Positions 28,314-37,957 of a stretch of DNA of 64,000 nt are shown here, piece by piece. The stretch is from a virus (taxonomy: Duplodnaviria; Caudoviricetes). A program made the position numbers and the translations under genes. Within the stretch, counting starts at the first letter, position 1, and every line of letters starts with the position of its first letter. The notes under the pieces were generated by a model. It did no database searches. It was given only the letters and a program-made list of their open reading frames with translations, and had not been told where the DNA came from. The stretch is taken from positions 1 through 64,000 of IMG/VR virus record IMGVR_UViG_3300025372_000010. One strand, given 5' to 3'.

Positions 28314-29291
28314 ATGTCACATACTCTTACTATAAACTTTACGGCTGCTAGTCCTGCTCCTGCTAATGGGTATTTAGTTACTTATTGGCCTACAGGTAGC
28401 CCATCTAGTACAACTACAACAGTTGTAACAAGTAGTCCAGCTGTGATAACTGGTTTAACTGGTACAGATTATACTGGTACAATACAATCACAATGTGGTA
28501 GTGGACAAGTGTCAAGTACACAAAACTTTACTGCTACAACTAGTTCATGTTTATCTGGTACTACAACTGCCACTGCAAACTGTTCTAGTGGACAAACTCA
28601 TGCATTTACAATTGCTTCAGGTTACACTGCAGTAATTACTCCTAGTGGATATTACTATAGTGGGTCAGGAACAAGAGCTTATACAGCTTCTATTACTAAC
28701 TCAGCTGATAGTAGTATATTGTACACTTTTACATATACTCAAACAGGTTCTACTCAAGGAACATGGAATACTACTCTTGCTAATAATACTCTTTCTGCAG
28801 GTAGTTATAATCTACACTTAAACCAAGTTGATTGTTCTTCTAGCTCTGGTAATTTTAGTTTATCAGTTGGAAGCTGTGCTCCAGTTTCTGGTGGAGGTGG
28901 TGGAGGATCTACTCCTGTATTAACATGTTTTACATTCAGTGATTCTTTAGATCATTATGAAGATAGTACTACATGTCCAGGTACAAGTGATACTTATAAT
29001 AAGACAACTGTTACTTTAAAAGATCAGTTTGGTAATCCTTTTGTAGCAACAACTAATGTAGTAGTTCATCTTAACTATACATATGAAGAACATATTGATT
29101 ATCCAGGAGACACTACAACAACAGGTGATTCTACTATAACAGTATATGCTGGTCATTCTACAGGATCAATATTATATGCTTCTTACAGAAATGAAAGAGG
29201 TAACTATGATTCTAACTGTAGTGGATACTATATGAGAACAACAATAAACGGTACAGGCAGTGGTAATACACTAAGCTGGTGTAACGGATAA
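28314..29291 (+). CDS. FN3-like multidomain fibre/adhesin protein
   Basis: INFT...APANGYLV.YW..ITGL...Y.G.IQSQCG followed by further beta domains. Confidence 0.65.
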   Translation: MSHTLTINFTAASPAPANGYLVTYWPTGSPSSTTTTVVTSSPAVITGLTGTDYTGTIQSQCGSGQVSSTQNFTATTSSCLSGTTTATANCSSGQTHAFTIASGYTAVITPSGYYYSGSGTRAYTASITNSADSSILYTFTYTQTGSTQGTWNTTLANNTLSAGSYNLHLNQVDCSSSSGNFSLSVGSCAPVSGGGGGGSTPVLTCFTFSDSLDHYEDSTTCPGTSDTYNKTTVTLKDQFGNPFVATTNVVVHLNYTYEEHIDYPGDTTTTGDSTITVYAGHSTGSILYASYRNERGNYDSNCSGYYMRTTINGTGSGNTLSWCNG

Positions 29292-29341
29292 TTAAAAATA
29301 TTGTAAGTCAGCGGTTTTGTTGGTTTCCGCTAACACAACAA

Positions 29342-29379
29342 AAGCCCCTTAGTTTCTACTCGGGGGCTTCATTTTTTTT
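29342..29379 (+). terminator. Rho-independent terminator
   Basis: AAGCCCCT-TAGT-TTCT-ACTC-GGGGGCTT followed by CATTTTTTTT. Confidence 0.8.
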
Positions 29380-29476
29380 ATAAACACAAAATCAACTGTT
29401 AATATCTTGTGTATAAGATTAGACTTAGCCAACTATATTAGTCTAACTTTATATACCATATACTAAACCCCAATCT

Positions 29477-30793
29477 ATGAATCTTATTCAAACAGTGTAT
29501 GGGTCTCTCAGATGGAAGAAAACTGATGAGTTCTGTGCTACAAAGTTAGGTATTTCTCTTAAAAAATACCAAGAGATTAAGAAACAAATTTTAGAAACCA
29601 AGGAACTACTTCAACAAGAACTCGATGATAGTCTAGTAGACTTAACGGGTAAGAGGATGCTAAATATTCTTGATGATGAACTAATTAAAGATGAATACAT
29701 CTCTAATCTAGAAGATCAATTAGTTGATGCTTTTAACCAGACTAAAGAAAAAGTAGTAGAGTTTAAAGAAAACCTAGACGAGGGAACAGCAGAGATTAAG
29801 GGTATAGCTTTTACAGAACCTCAGAGCCCAGAGGAAATAATCAGAATCTTAAAGATAGATGAGACTAAATGGAAGCTTAGTTCCTATTGGAATAAGCAAC
29901 ATAAAAACTACTGGCTTATATCAGCCATGGTTACTCACAAGAAGCCAGAAGCAATAGATCTTCTAGCTGAGACTCTTAAGACATTCACTCCCAAGTATTT
30001 ACCCGTTGCAGAGGTACACATAAATGAGAAGTATTCCAAGCCTACAGTGGGGATTTTGTCTTTACAAGATCTCCATTTTGGTAAGGAAGGAAACAACACT
30101 ATTATTAATGACTTCCAAGACTGTGTTAGAAACCTTATATTAAGAGCATATCATTCTCATAATCTAGATAAGTTAATCTTTGTACTAGGCGGGGACATTC
30201 TTAATATGGATACCTTTATGGGACAAACTACTAAGGGAACACCTGTAGACTCTGATCAGAGAGCTCAAGAAGCTTATAACACAGCTTTTGATTCTTTATA
30301 CTGGGCTATCAACTTTATTAAGCAGTTTTGTAACCATTTAGATGTAGTTTATGTTCCAGGTAACCATGATAGATTAAGTTCTTACCACTTGGCTCATGCT
30401 ATCTCTAAATGCTTCATGAACACTCAACAGATTACTTTTCATACAGAATATAGTGAAAGACAGGTTATTACCTATGGTAGTAACTTTTTTGCTTTTGAAC
30501 ATGGGGATGTTTACTCTAAGAACTCTCCTTTAGTGTATGCTACAGAGTTTCCTAAGCTTTGGGGAGATACTATTTACCGCACCTGCTTTACTGGTCACTT
30601 CCATACTAAGAAGTCAGTAGAATATGTTACTGAAAATGAGATACATGGCTTTGCTATTAAGACTCTCCCAAGTCTTTCAAAGTCAGACTACTGGCATTAT
30701 CATAATAAATACACTGGTTCTAAACGCCAAGCTATCTTAGAGCTACATGACTACAATTATGGTAAAGTGTGTGAGTTAACCCATAATGTCTAA
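29477..30793 (+). CDS. Calcineurin-like metallophosphoesterase with N-terminal HTH-like region
   Basis: All five motifs present: DLH, GGD, GNHD, EHGD, GHFH; N-terminal CATKLGISLKKY. Confidence 0.9.
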   Translation: MNLIQTVYGSLRWKKTDEFCATKLGISLKKYQEIKKQILETKELLQQELDDSLVDLTGKRMLNILDDELIKDEYISNLEDQLVDAFNQTKEKVVEFKENLDEGTAEIKGIAFTEPQSPEEIIRILKIDETKWKLSSYWNKQHKNYWLISAMVTHKKPEAIDLLAETLKTFTPKYLPVAEVHINEKYSKPTVGILSLQDLHFGKEGNNTIINDFQDCVRNLILRAYHSHNLDKLIFVLGGDILNMDTFMGQTTKGTPVDSDQRAQEAYNTAFDSLYWAINFIKQFCNHLDVVYVPGNHDRLSSYHLAHAISKCFMNTQQITFHTEYSERQVITYGSNFFAFEHGDVYSKNSPLVYATEFPKLWGDTIYRTCFTGHFHTKKSVEYVTENEIHGFAIKTLPSLSKSDYWHYHNKYTGSKRQAILELHDYNYGKVCELTHNV

Positions 30794-30848
30794 ACTCTAT
30801 AAGTTTAACTAGGAAACCTCGTAGATTTTACGTAAATTATTAATGTAG
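30791..30848 (+). promoter_or_regulatory. Putative late promoter/operator, copy 4
   Basis: TAAAC-TCTATAA-GTTTA (30791) and GTAAATTATTAATGTAG (30832). Confidence 0.65.
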
Positions 30849-30854
30849 ATCATT

Positions 30855-31439
30855 GTGATTAAAGAATATAAGAAACCTGACTTAAATGCTCCAAGGTACC
30901 GACCAAAGAAGCTAAACTTTACAAATGCAGACTTCCACAAGAAGTTTATAGCAGATAACCCAAAGTATGCTTCTTTATCTCTAGATAAGTTTAAAGAGAT
31001 CATCTCTACTTATAATGGAGAGATATGGAAGACTGCAGTAGAAGAAAGGGATGGTATTGAATTACCTGAACAGCTTGGTTATATATTCATTGGTACTTGT
31101 CCTAGAAAGAAATCTAATGTTGACTTTAAGAAGTCTGAGCATTATGGTAAAGTGATACAGAATCAAAACTGGGAAAGCGATCAATATGTAGCTAAGATCT
31201 TTTATACAAACTTTGAGACTAAGTATAGATTTAGAAATCATGACTTATGGGGGTTTGTAGGAGTGAGAGATTTTAAGAGAATGGTTGGACAGACTTATCC
31301 TACTGAATGGAAAAAATACCTAATGGTAGATAACATGCAGAAGGTAAGTAGACTCTTTAGAAAGCAATCTTATAAACAGATGAAGCAAGCTGAGGAAGTT
31401 GATCTACTAAAAGAATACGATGAATTTAACCTAGACTAA
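30855..31439 (+). CDS. crAss-like IHF/HU-fold protein
   Basis: GTG start; EII..YN..IW....E..DGIELP..LGYIFI resembles the IHF core; conserved position ahead of the tail ring genes. Confidence 0.6.
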   Translation: MIKEYKKPDLNAPRYRPKKLNFTNADFHKKFIADNPKYASLSLDKFKEIISTYNGEIWKTAVEERDGIELPEQLGYIFIGTCPRKKSNVDFKKSEHYGKVIQNQNWESDQYVAKIFYTNFETKYRFRNHDLWGFVGVRDFKRMVGQTYPTEWKKYLMVDNMQKVSRLFRKQSYKQMKQAEEVDLLKEYDEFNLD

Positions 31440-31440
31440 A

Positions 31441-32115
31441 ATGGCTAAAAATACTATTGGAAATATCTGTTCAAGAATCCGTAATCAGATGAAAGCATCT
31501 AAACAAGATACTTTCTTAACTGATAGGATTATCTACACGTTTGTACTTAAGCATGCTAAGCAGCTTATGAAGCGTGAGGATGGTCGTAATAAACTTATGG
31601 CATTTACTTCTGTAGTACAGACATTAGACTATGTTGAATTAGAAGAGATAGATAAAGTAGAAGCTTGTTGTACAGGTATTAGATCTGATATGACTATAAA
31701 ACGTACTAAAGATAAGCTTCCTGTATTTTTACAAGGATACTACGGACCATTGATTCGTACAATTAGTTCTTTAGATAATTCTGAAGAGCTTCAACCTATC
31801 TTACCTAGTACTTATGTATCTATTGCAAATGCTACTAACTTTAAATATAATAAGACTAAGTACTACTGGTATTTAAACGACTATTTATATTTTCCTAATC
31901 TAGAGTGGGATGCTATTCGTGTAGAAGGAATATTTGAAGATGATATTAGTAAATTCACTTGTGTAGCTGACAGTTGTATAGTTAGACAAGATCAGTCTTT
32001 TAATGTACCTGATTATTTATTAGTAGAGTTGGAGGGTAATGTATTTAGAGACTTAATGGGTATGCTACAAGTTCCTCAAGATCCTACAAATGACAAACAA
32101 AATCCTGATCGATAA
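31441..32115 (+). CDS. Tail ring (tubular) protein
   Basis: 224 aa; RT..KLP, YW..NDYLY, V.GIFED, P.D..ND motifs; synteny. Confidence 0.65.
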   Translation: MAKNTIGNICSRIRNQMKASKQDTFLTDRIIYTFVLKHAKQLMKREDGRNKLMAFTSVVQTLDYVELEEIDKVEACCTGIRSDMTIKRTKDKLPVFLQGYYGPLIRTISSLDNSEELQPILPSTYVSIANATNFKYNKTKYYWYLNDYLYFPNLEWDAIRVEGIFEDDISKFTCVADSCIVRQDQSFNVPDYLLVELEGNVFRDLMGMLQVPQDPTNDKQNPDR

Positions 32116-33002
32116 TGAACACTCAGCTTAAATATAGAACATTTGATCAGTTATTAGCATCTGTTGGTACAGATCTATATATGTATAATAATGAGAACAT
32201 GATTGAGCCTGCTCAACTTATTAAAGTTGCACAGCGTGTTAGTTATGATCTTGGCTTACGTATACATGGAACTAAAGAGAAAGTATTAGATGTAGAAAGA
32301 AGAAAGGCTAAACTACCTGATGATTTCTATGTACTTAACTATGCTCTTTTATGTGGCCATTATAAAGTTGAAAGACCTGCTTTACAAGGAGATCAAAGAG
32401 AGTCTTTATGTGTATCTGATATTTGTAGAAGATGTCATGGTAATGTACATGAGTGTGGTTGTGAAGATACATACACTATAGCTAAAACAGTTTATGGTGA
32501 TGATTCAGGATCTTTAGTACTTGTACAAAAGGTAAAGACTGAAGTGAGAGTATATGATCACTTTGAGATGCTTCATATGTTAAAAGAAAGAGGGTCTAAG
32601 AAGAATCATCATGATCAAAATCATGCTGAGATAAAAAATGGTTATATTTATACTAATATAGAAGAGGGTAAGATAATGATATCTTACGAAGGAGCTTTAG
32701 AAGATGAGCAAGGTAACTTATTAGTTTTAGATCATCCAGAGATTAATGAGTATTATGAGTATGCTGTTAAACAGCGTATCTTAGAAAACTTATATCTTAA
32801 TGGAGAAGATGTAGGACAAAAGATGTCTTTAATAGAACCTAGATTAAAAGCTGCTAGAAACTATGCCTTAACTATTGTAAATACTCCTAATTTTTCTGAG
32901 ATGAAACAGTTGTGGGAGATGAACAGAAAAGCTCAGTATATGAAGTATTATAATATGTTTAAAGGTAACGAATTCATTGAGTGGATTAAACCTTTATACT
33001 AA
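32115..33002 (+). CDS. Tail tubular/ring protein (P22 gp4-like family)
   Basis: KAKLPDDF, I.TN.EEG.I.ISY, DE.G..LV.D motifs; Cys-rich insert; upstream of the muzzle gene. Confidence 0.7.
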   Translation: MNTQLKYRTFDQLLASVGTDLYMYNNENMIEPAQLIKVAQRVSYDLGLRIHGTKEKVLDVERRKAKLPDDFYVLNYALLCGHYKVERPALQGDQRESLCVSDICRRCHGNVHECGCEDTYTIAKTVYGDDSGSLVLVQKVKTEVRVYDHFEMLHMLKERGSKKNHHDQNHAEIKNGYIYTNIEEGKIMISYEGALEDEQGNLLVLDHPEINEYYEYAVKQRILENLYLNGEDVGQKMSLIEPRLKAARNYALTIVNTPNFSEMKQLWEMNRKAQYMKYYNMFKGNEFIEWIKPLY

Positions 33003-33008
33003 AATGAT

Positions 33009-33368
33009 ATGACACTTCGATCAACGCTTAAGATGCCAAACTATGGCTGTACATTATATATACTATGTACAGATGAGTTTCTAAAAGAGTGCAACAAAGT
33101 GTTTAAGAAGTTTAAAAGCCCAACAAGATGGGTATCTGAGGCAGAGGGTACATTAATAACAAACGATATAGATGAGTACTATTTGATCTTAAATCAGTCC
33201 TACTTAACCTATAACACAATAACGCATGAAACCTTTCATGCAACATTAAAGATTAGTAAAGATAGAGATATCCATGATGAAGAAGCTCAAGCTTGGTTAC
33301 ATGGATATGTGAATGAGGCGGTCTTTAAGTTTTTATCTAAAAAGAAGTTTACTGTAAAACATGGCTAA
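33009..33368 (+). CDS. Small zincin-like metallopeptidase (HExxH...E)
   Basis: TITHETFH..DEEAQAWL.GY. Confidence 0.7.
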   Translation: MTLRSTLKMPNYGCTLYILCTDEFLKECNKVFKKFKSPTRWVSEAEGTLITNDIDEYYLILNQSYLTYNTITHETFHATLKISKDRDIHDEEAQAWLHGYVNEAVFKFLSKKKFTVKHG

Positions 33369-36300
33369 TACACAACAGAATCCTGGGGCAACTACTAACA
33401 CTTTTACCAAAGGTATGGTAAAGGACTACAGTGAAATGTATGTCGGGGAAGGCTTATGGACACATGCTAGAAATGCAGTGAATAACTCACACGAAGGTCA
33501 GCTAGGTGTAATAGGTAATGAGCCTGCTAACTTATTCTGTGTTACTCTTCCTTATAGCTTAATAGGTTGTATTCATCTATTAGATGATCAATGGGCTATC
33601 TTTACAACAGATGATGCTGATTCTGAAATAGGTATCTTTGATGAATCTGCTTGTTCTTACAAAAAAGTTATCAATGACCCAGCTTTAGGTTTTAATAGAT
33701 CTCATCTTATTACTGGTGTATTTAGAAAACGCTTTGACTGCGAAAGATTAGTTTACTGGGATGATGGTTTAAATCCATCTCGTTTTATGGATATAGATAA
33801 TCCTCCATTACAGTATACTGAGTCTATAGTTAATGGTTGTATTATTAAAACATATACTAAAAGATTAGATACAGAGCAAATTAGATTAGCTCCTTTAGTA
33901 CAGCAACCATGTCTCACTTTATCTAAAGGTACAGGCTCTGGTACATTAGCTAATGGATCTTACCAAGTATGTTTAGGCTATACGATTAATGAGAATCGTG
34001 TAACTGACTACATTGGTCTTTCAAATGTACAGTCTTTGTTTACTCATGAAAATCTTACTGGATCACTTGATCTAAAGATTACAAACATGGACAGTCATTT
34101 TGATGAGTTTGAGTTAGTAGTTATTTCAACAGTTAATAATCAATCTGTTGCTAAAAGATTAGGATATTATTATACAACACAAGGTACTATTCATATTGAT
34201 GCAATATTACCTGACTTGTTTACAGTTCCTATTAATCTTATTCCTTTAAGAACTGAGCCTATAGAAAAGACTGATGCAATGTACTCAGTTAATAATTATT
34301 TATTAAGAGTAGGTACATACAGCAAGTATCAGTTTAACTATCAGCAACAAGCTAATAAGATTATTACAAAGTGGGCAGCTGTACAATATCCAGAAACTTA
34401 TTATTATAAAGGTGGTCATAATGTAGGATACTTAAGAGATGAACAATATGCATTCTTTATCCGTTGGGTATATAATACAGGAGAGCGTTCATCTAGTTTT
34501 CATATTCCAGGTAGACAAGCAACTGCTGCAGAACTAGTTAATGTTTATGCAGGAGATGCTTTTGAAACTATAGAAAGTATTAATAATATTCCTCAAACTA
34601 GACAGCTTTGGCAAGTACAAAATACTGCTGGAGTTGATGATCTTAATAGTTATACATTATCAGATGGTGGTGTAGTATTGGCAAAAGGTCATATGGGCTA
34701 TTGGGAATCTACTGAGATTTATCCAGCAGATCGTCCTGATATATGGGGACCATTATGTGGTCAACCTATTCGTCATCATAAGATGCCGGATGTTACAATC
34801 CCTGGAGGAGAGTTACTTAACCAATATAACTCAGTAAACAATACAGTGGTTATATTAGGAGTGGAATTTGATAATATATCTGTGCCTGTAGATGAAAATG
34901 GTAATCCTATATCTTCTATAGTTGGTTATGAAATACTTCGTGGTTCAAGAGAAGGTGAGAAGTCTATTATAGCTAAGGGTATGTTTAACAACATGCGTCA
35001 GTATGATATTCCTAATAATCCTTTAGTAAAAGGCCTATATCAAAACTATCCTTATAATGATTTAAGACCAGACTATCTTCTTACATCTGATGCCAATATT
35101 GGTACAGTGGGACATGCTGATGTAAACTTAGGATCTCCTCTTACTTCTTATAAAAAGAACTACTTATCTTTTCATAGTCCTGAGACTAACTTTAGTAAAC
35201 CATATTTAAGTGGTGAAGAAGTAAAGATCTATCAAGAGTTATCTGGTACAGCACAAGGTATGTTTTCTCAGCCTTATAAGCATCCTAAGTTTAAGATGCT
35301 TAGCAACTTTAGTTCTCAATTGGCTAGTACAATAGGAACTATTTCTGTTATAGGTGATTTCTTAGGATCTATTGCTCAAGATTTTAACCTAACTTTAAAA
35401 GGTACAGAAGCTCTTCCTTTTGATAAAAAGTTAACACTTACTAAGATCCCTAACTTTCCTTTAACATTTGGAGGAGGAGCAAGCTTTTTGGGTATTGGTG
35501 GTAGTGTAACTGGATCTATTCCTAACCCTGTAATTGTAGCGGAAAATATTGCAATAGGAGCATACAACGTAGCTGTTGCTATTGCTATGAGTTATATTGA
35601 AGCTGAAAGTACTGGAGAGCAATTATTTAATATTATTCAAGCTTTAGTTCCTAGAATACAGTTTGGTTTACAATACGATTCACATGGATTTTATAATAAC
35701 GCAAGAACAAATGTGGCTGGTAATAGAAGGAAAAGAATCGAGAAATCAGCATACGTAGGTGGTAACTTACAAAGCTTTGATACTGACTATCATGTAAATA
35801 ATATCTATAGATCTAATTTTGTAGTTATTAAAACTGAAGAAGACATAGCTGACCCTACTGTAGTAGATAATAGTAGATTTAGAATCTCTGAAAAGGGAGG
35901 AAATATTAACACTGTAGTAAGCTCTACAATATCTGGATACTATGGAGCTATTAAAGTTAGCTTTCCTAGTCAGTATGGACAACTAGAATCTATTAGACAA
36001 GTGCCAACTGGTAGCTGTGTATTTCCTATAGGAACAGATGTTTTATATAAATCAGATGTGATTTTTGGTGGTGACACTTATGTTGGAAGATATACAGAGA
36101 AGAATGCATTTACCTTCTTTAACTCATGGCCTGTAGGTGAACCTGATGAATATGAGATAGACTACAGAAACTATACTAATATACCTTACCCAAGATTCTG
36201 GCTTAATTCTTCTAAGACAGTATTTAGCTTGTTTAAGAATGCTAGTCTTCAACGTCATTTAGATGATAGAGAAAGCTCTTTATTTTATGTAAGTAAAGGA

Positions 36301-37956
36301 CACATTTATTTATTCTTTAATGGAGTGAGAGACTTTTATGTAGAGTCTGAGATTAATTTAGCTCAGAGAGACTGGGAAGATGATCTATCTAAACGTCACT
36401 ATGATCCTAATGAGTATACTGACTATACATCTTTATTCCGATCAGATATTGTAAAGAGTGGTAATTTCTGTAAGTATGATTATTCATTAAGTGTATCTAA
36501 GTTATTTACTAACTTTGCAAGTTGGGGTACATTATATCCTAGAGATTATAATCCTGCTACAGCTGCTAGTTGTTATGTCTACAGACCTAATAGAGTGATA
36601 TATTCTTTACCACAAGAACAAGAGCTTAAGAAAGATAACTGGAGAATCTTCTTAACTAATAACTATAAAGACTTTATATCTCCTATCACTGCTGTAAAGA
36701 AAGTAAATAAAACTGGTGCCCTCTTTATGATGGAGTATCAAAGTCCATTCCAGTTTATTGGAGTTGAACAATTGCAGACAGATGCTGGTACAAAAATTAC
36801 TGTAGGAGATGGTGGATTATTTAATCAAGCTTTACAGAATATAGTTAACTCAGATGAATCATATGAATATGGTTCTTGTCAGAATAAATATGCAGTGGCT
36901 GCAACTACTCATGGTATTTTTTGGGTGAGTCAAAACCAAGGAAAGATCTTCCAATATTCTGGAGGATTAAATGAGATATCAAGAGATGGTATGAAGTGGT
37001 GGTTTGCAAAGTATCTTCCTTCTCAGCTTCTTAAACAGTTTTCTGATTATCCTTTATATGATAATCCTGTAAAAGGAGTTGGTGTACAAATGATATATGA
37101 TAACACTGATGAGGTAATATATATTACTAAAAAAGATTACAAGCCAATAGTAAGTGATCTACAGTTAGAGGGAGAGAAGTTTTACCGTGTAATAAATGGT
37201 CATAAGACTTATTTTGAATTAACTGATACTAGTGTATTTGAACCAGCTCATTGGACATTAAGTTATGATCCTAAGAATAAAGTGTGGTTATCATTCCATG
37301 ACTGGATTCCTTCATTCTTGATTCCAGGTAAAGCTCACTTTATGAGTGTAAATACTAATAGCATCTGGAAGCATAACGTTAGATGTGATCAGTACTGTAA
37401 CTTCTATGGTAAAGATTATCCATTTGAAGTGGAGTTTGTTTCTTCTACAGGACAAGCAGTTAACTCTATGAGAAACATAGAATACATGCTTGAAGTGTAT
37501 AAATACTATAATGACTGCCGTGATAAGTTCCATCTATTAGAGGAGAACTTTGATCAGGCTATGATATATAACTCAGAACAAGTGAGTGGATTATTAGAGC
37601 TTGTAATGAAAGCTAAGAATAACCCATTAGATGGATTAACCTATCCTAAGATTAATGCTAGTAGTATATCTATTAATTACTCTAAGATAGAACAGAAGTA
37701 TAGATTTAACCAGTTCTGGGATATTACTAAAGACCGTGGACAATATACTGGAAATGAACTACCAATGTTTGTTACAGCTGCTAATGGATATCAATATCAA
37801 GTTAATCCATCTTATATAGACTATAATAAACATATACTAGAGCGTAAGAAGTTTAGACACAACTTAAATAAAGTGTGGTTACGCAAAATGGTAAGTGGTA
37901 GTCATAAGTTCTTGTTTAAACTATCCAACGAAAAACTACAATCTTCTTATAGATAA
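33361..37956 (+). CDS. Tail stabilisation/muzzle protein (P22 gp10-like family)
   Basis: 1531 aa; NTFTKGM..D, YLRDE.Y.F.I.W, GYWESTE.YP, IRHHKMPD, FGGDTY, WTLSY.P...W.SFHDW.P. Confidence 0.9.
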   Translation: MANTQQNPGATTNTFTKGMVKDYSEMYVGEGLWTHARNAVNNSHEGQLGVIGNEPANLFCVTLPYSLIGCIHLLDDQWAIFTTDDADSEIGIFDESACSYKKVINDPALGFNRSHLITGVFRKRFDCERLVYWDDGLNPSRFMDIDNPPLQYTESIVNGCIIKTYTKRLDTEQIRLAPLVQQPCLTLSKGTGSGTLANGSYQVCLGYTINENRVTDYIGLSNVQSLFTHENLTGSLDLKITNMDSHFDEFELVVISTVNNQSVAKRLGYYYTTQGTIHIDAILPDLFTVPINLIPLRTEPIEKTDAMYSVNNYLLRVGTYSKYQFNYQQQANKIITKWAAVQYPETYYYKGGHNVGYLRDEQYAFFIRWVYNTGERSSSFHIPGRQATAAELVNVYAGDAFETIESINNIPQTRQLWQVQNTAGVDDLNSYTLSDGGVVLAKGHMGYWESTEIYPADRPDIWGPLCGQPIRHHKMPDVTIPGGELLNQYNSVNNTVVILGVEFDNISVPVDENGNPISSIVGYEILRGSREGEKSIIAKGMFNNMRQYDIPNNPLVKGLYQNYPYNDLRPDYLLTSDANIGTVGHADVNLGSPLTSYKKNYLSFHSPETNFSKPYLSGEEVKIYQELSGTAQGMFSQPYKHPKFKMLSNFSSQLASTIGTISVIGDFLGSIAQDFNLTLKGTEALPFDKKLTLTKIPNFPLTFGGGASFLGIGGSVTGSIPNPVIVAENIAIGAYNVAVAIAMSYIEAESTGEQLFNIIQALVPRIQFGLQYDSHGFYNNARTNVAGNRRKRIEKSAYVGGNLQSFDTDYHVNNIYRSNFVVIKTEEDIADPTVVDNSRFRISEKGGNINTVVSSTISGYYGAIKVSFPSQYGQLESIRQVPTGSCVFPIGTDVLYKSDVIFGGDTYVGRYTEKNAFTFFNSWPVGEPDEYEIDYRNYTNIPYPRFWLNSSKTVFSLFKNASLQRHLDDRESSLFYVSKGHIYLFFNGVRDFYVESEINLAQRDWEDDLSKRHYDPNEYTDYTSLFRSDIVKSGNFCKYDYSLSVSKLFTNFASWGTLYPRDYNPATAASCYVYRPNRVIYSLPQEQELKKDNWRIFLTNNYKDFISPITAVKKVNKTGALFMMEYQSPFQFIGVEQLQTDAGTKITVGDGGLFNQALQNIVNSDESYEYGSCQNKYAVAATTHGIFWVSQNQGKIFQYSGGLNEISRDGMKWWFAKYLPSQLLKQFSDYPLYDNPVKGVGVQMIYDNTDEVIYITKKDYKPIVSDLQLEGEKFYRVINGHKTYFELTDTSVFEPAHWTLSYDPKNKVWLSFHDWIPSFLIPGKAHFMSVNTNSIWKHNVRCDQYCNFYGKDYPFEVEFVSSTGQAVNSMRNIEYMLEVYKYYNDCRDKFHLLEENFDQAMIYNSEQVSGLLELVMKAKNNPLDGLTYPKINASSISINYSKIEQKYRFNQFWDITKDRGQYTGNELPMFVTAANGYQYQVNPSYIDYNKHILERKKFRHNLNKVWLRKMVSGSHKFLFKLSNEKLQSSYR

Positions 37957-37957
37957 A

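Noticed and set aside
14585-29291. Diversity-generating retroelement target or invertible fibre cassette
   Set aside because: No reverse transcriptase, recombinase, adenine-variant repeat pair or inverted tip cassettes are visible in the window.
37895-37957. Extended N-termini given in the ORF track (37895, 40977, 25003, 4915, 45954)
   Set aside because: They overlap upstream genes, terminators or promoter motifs; downstream ATGs are better starts.
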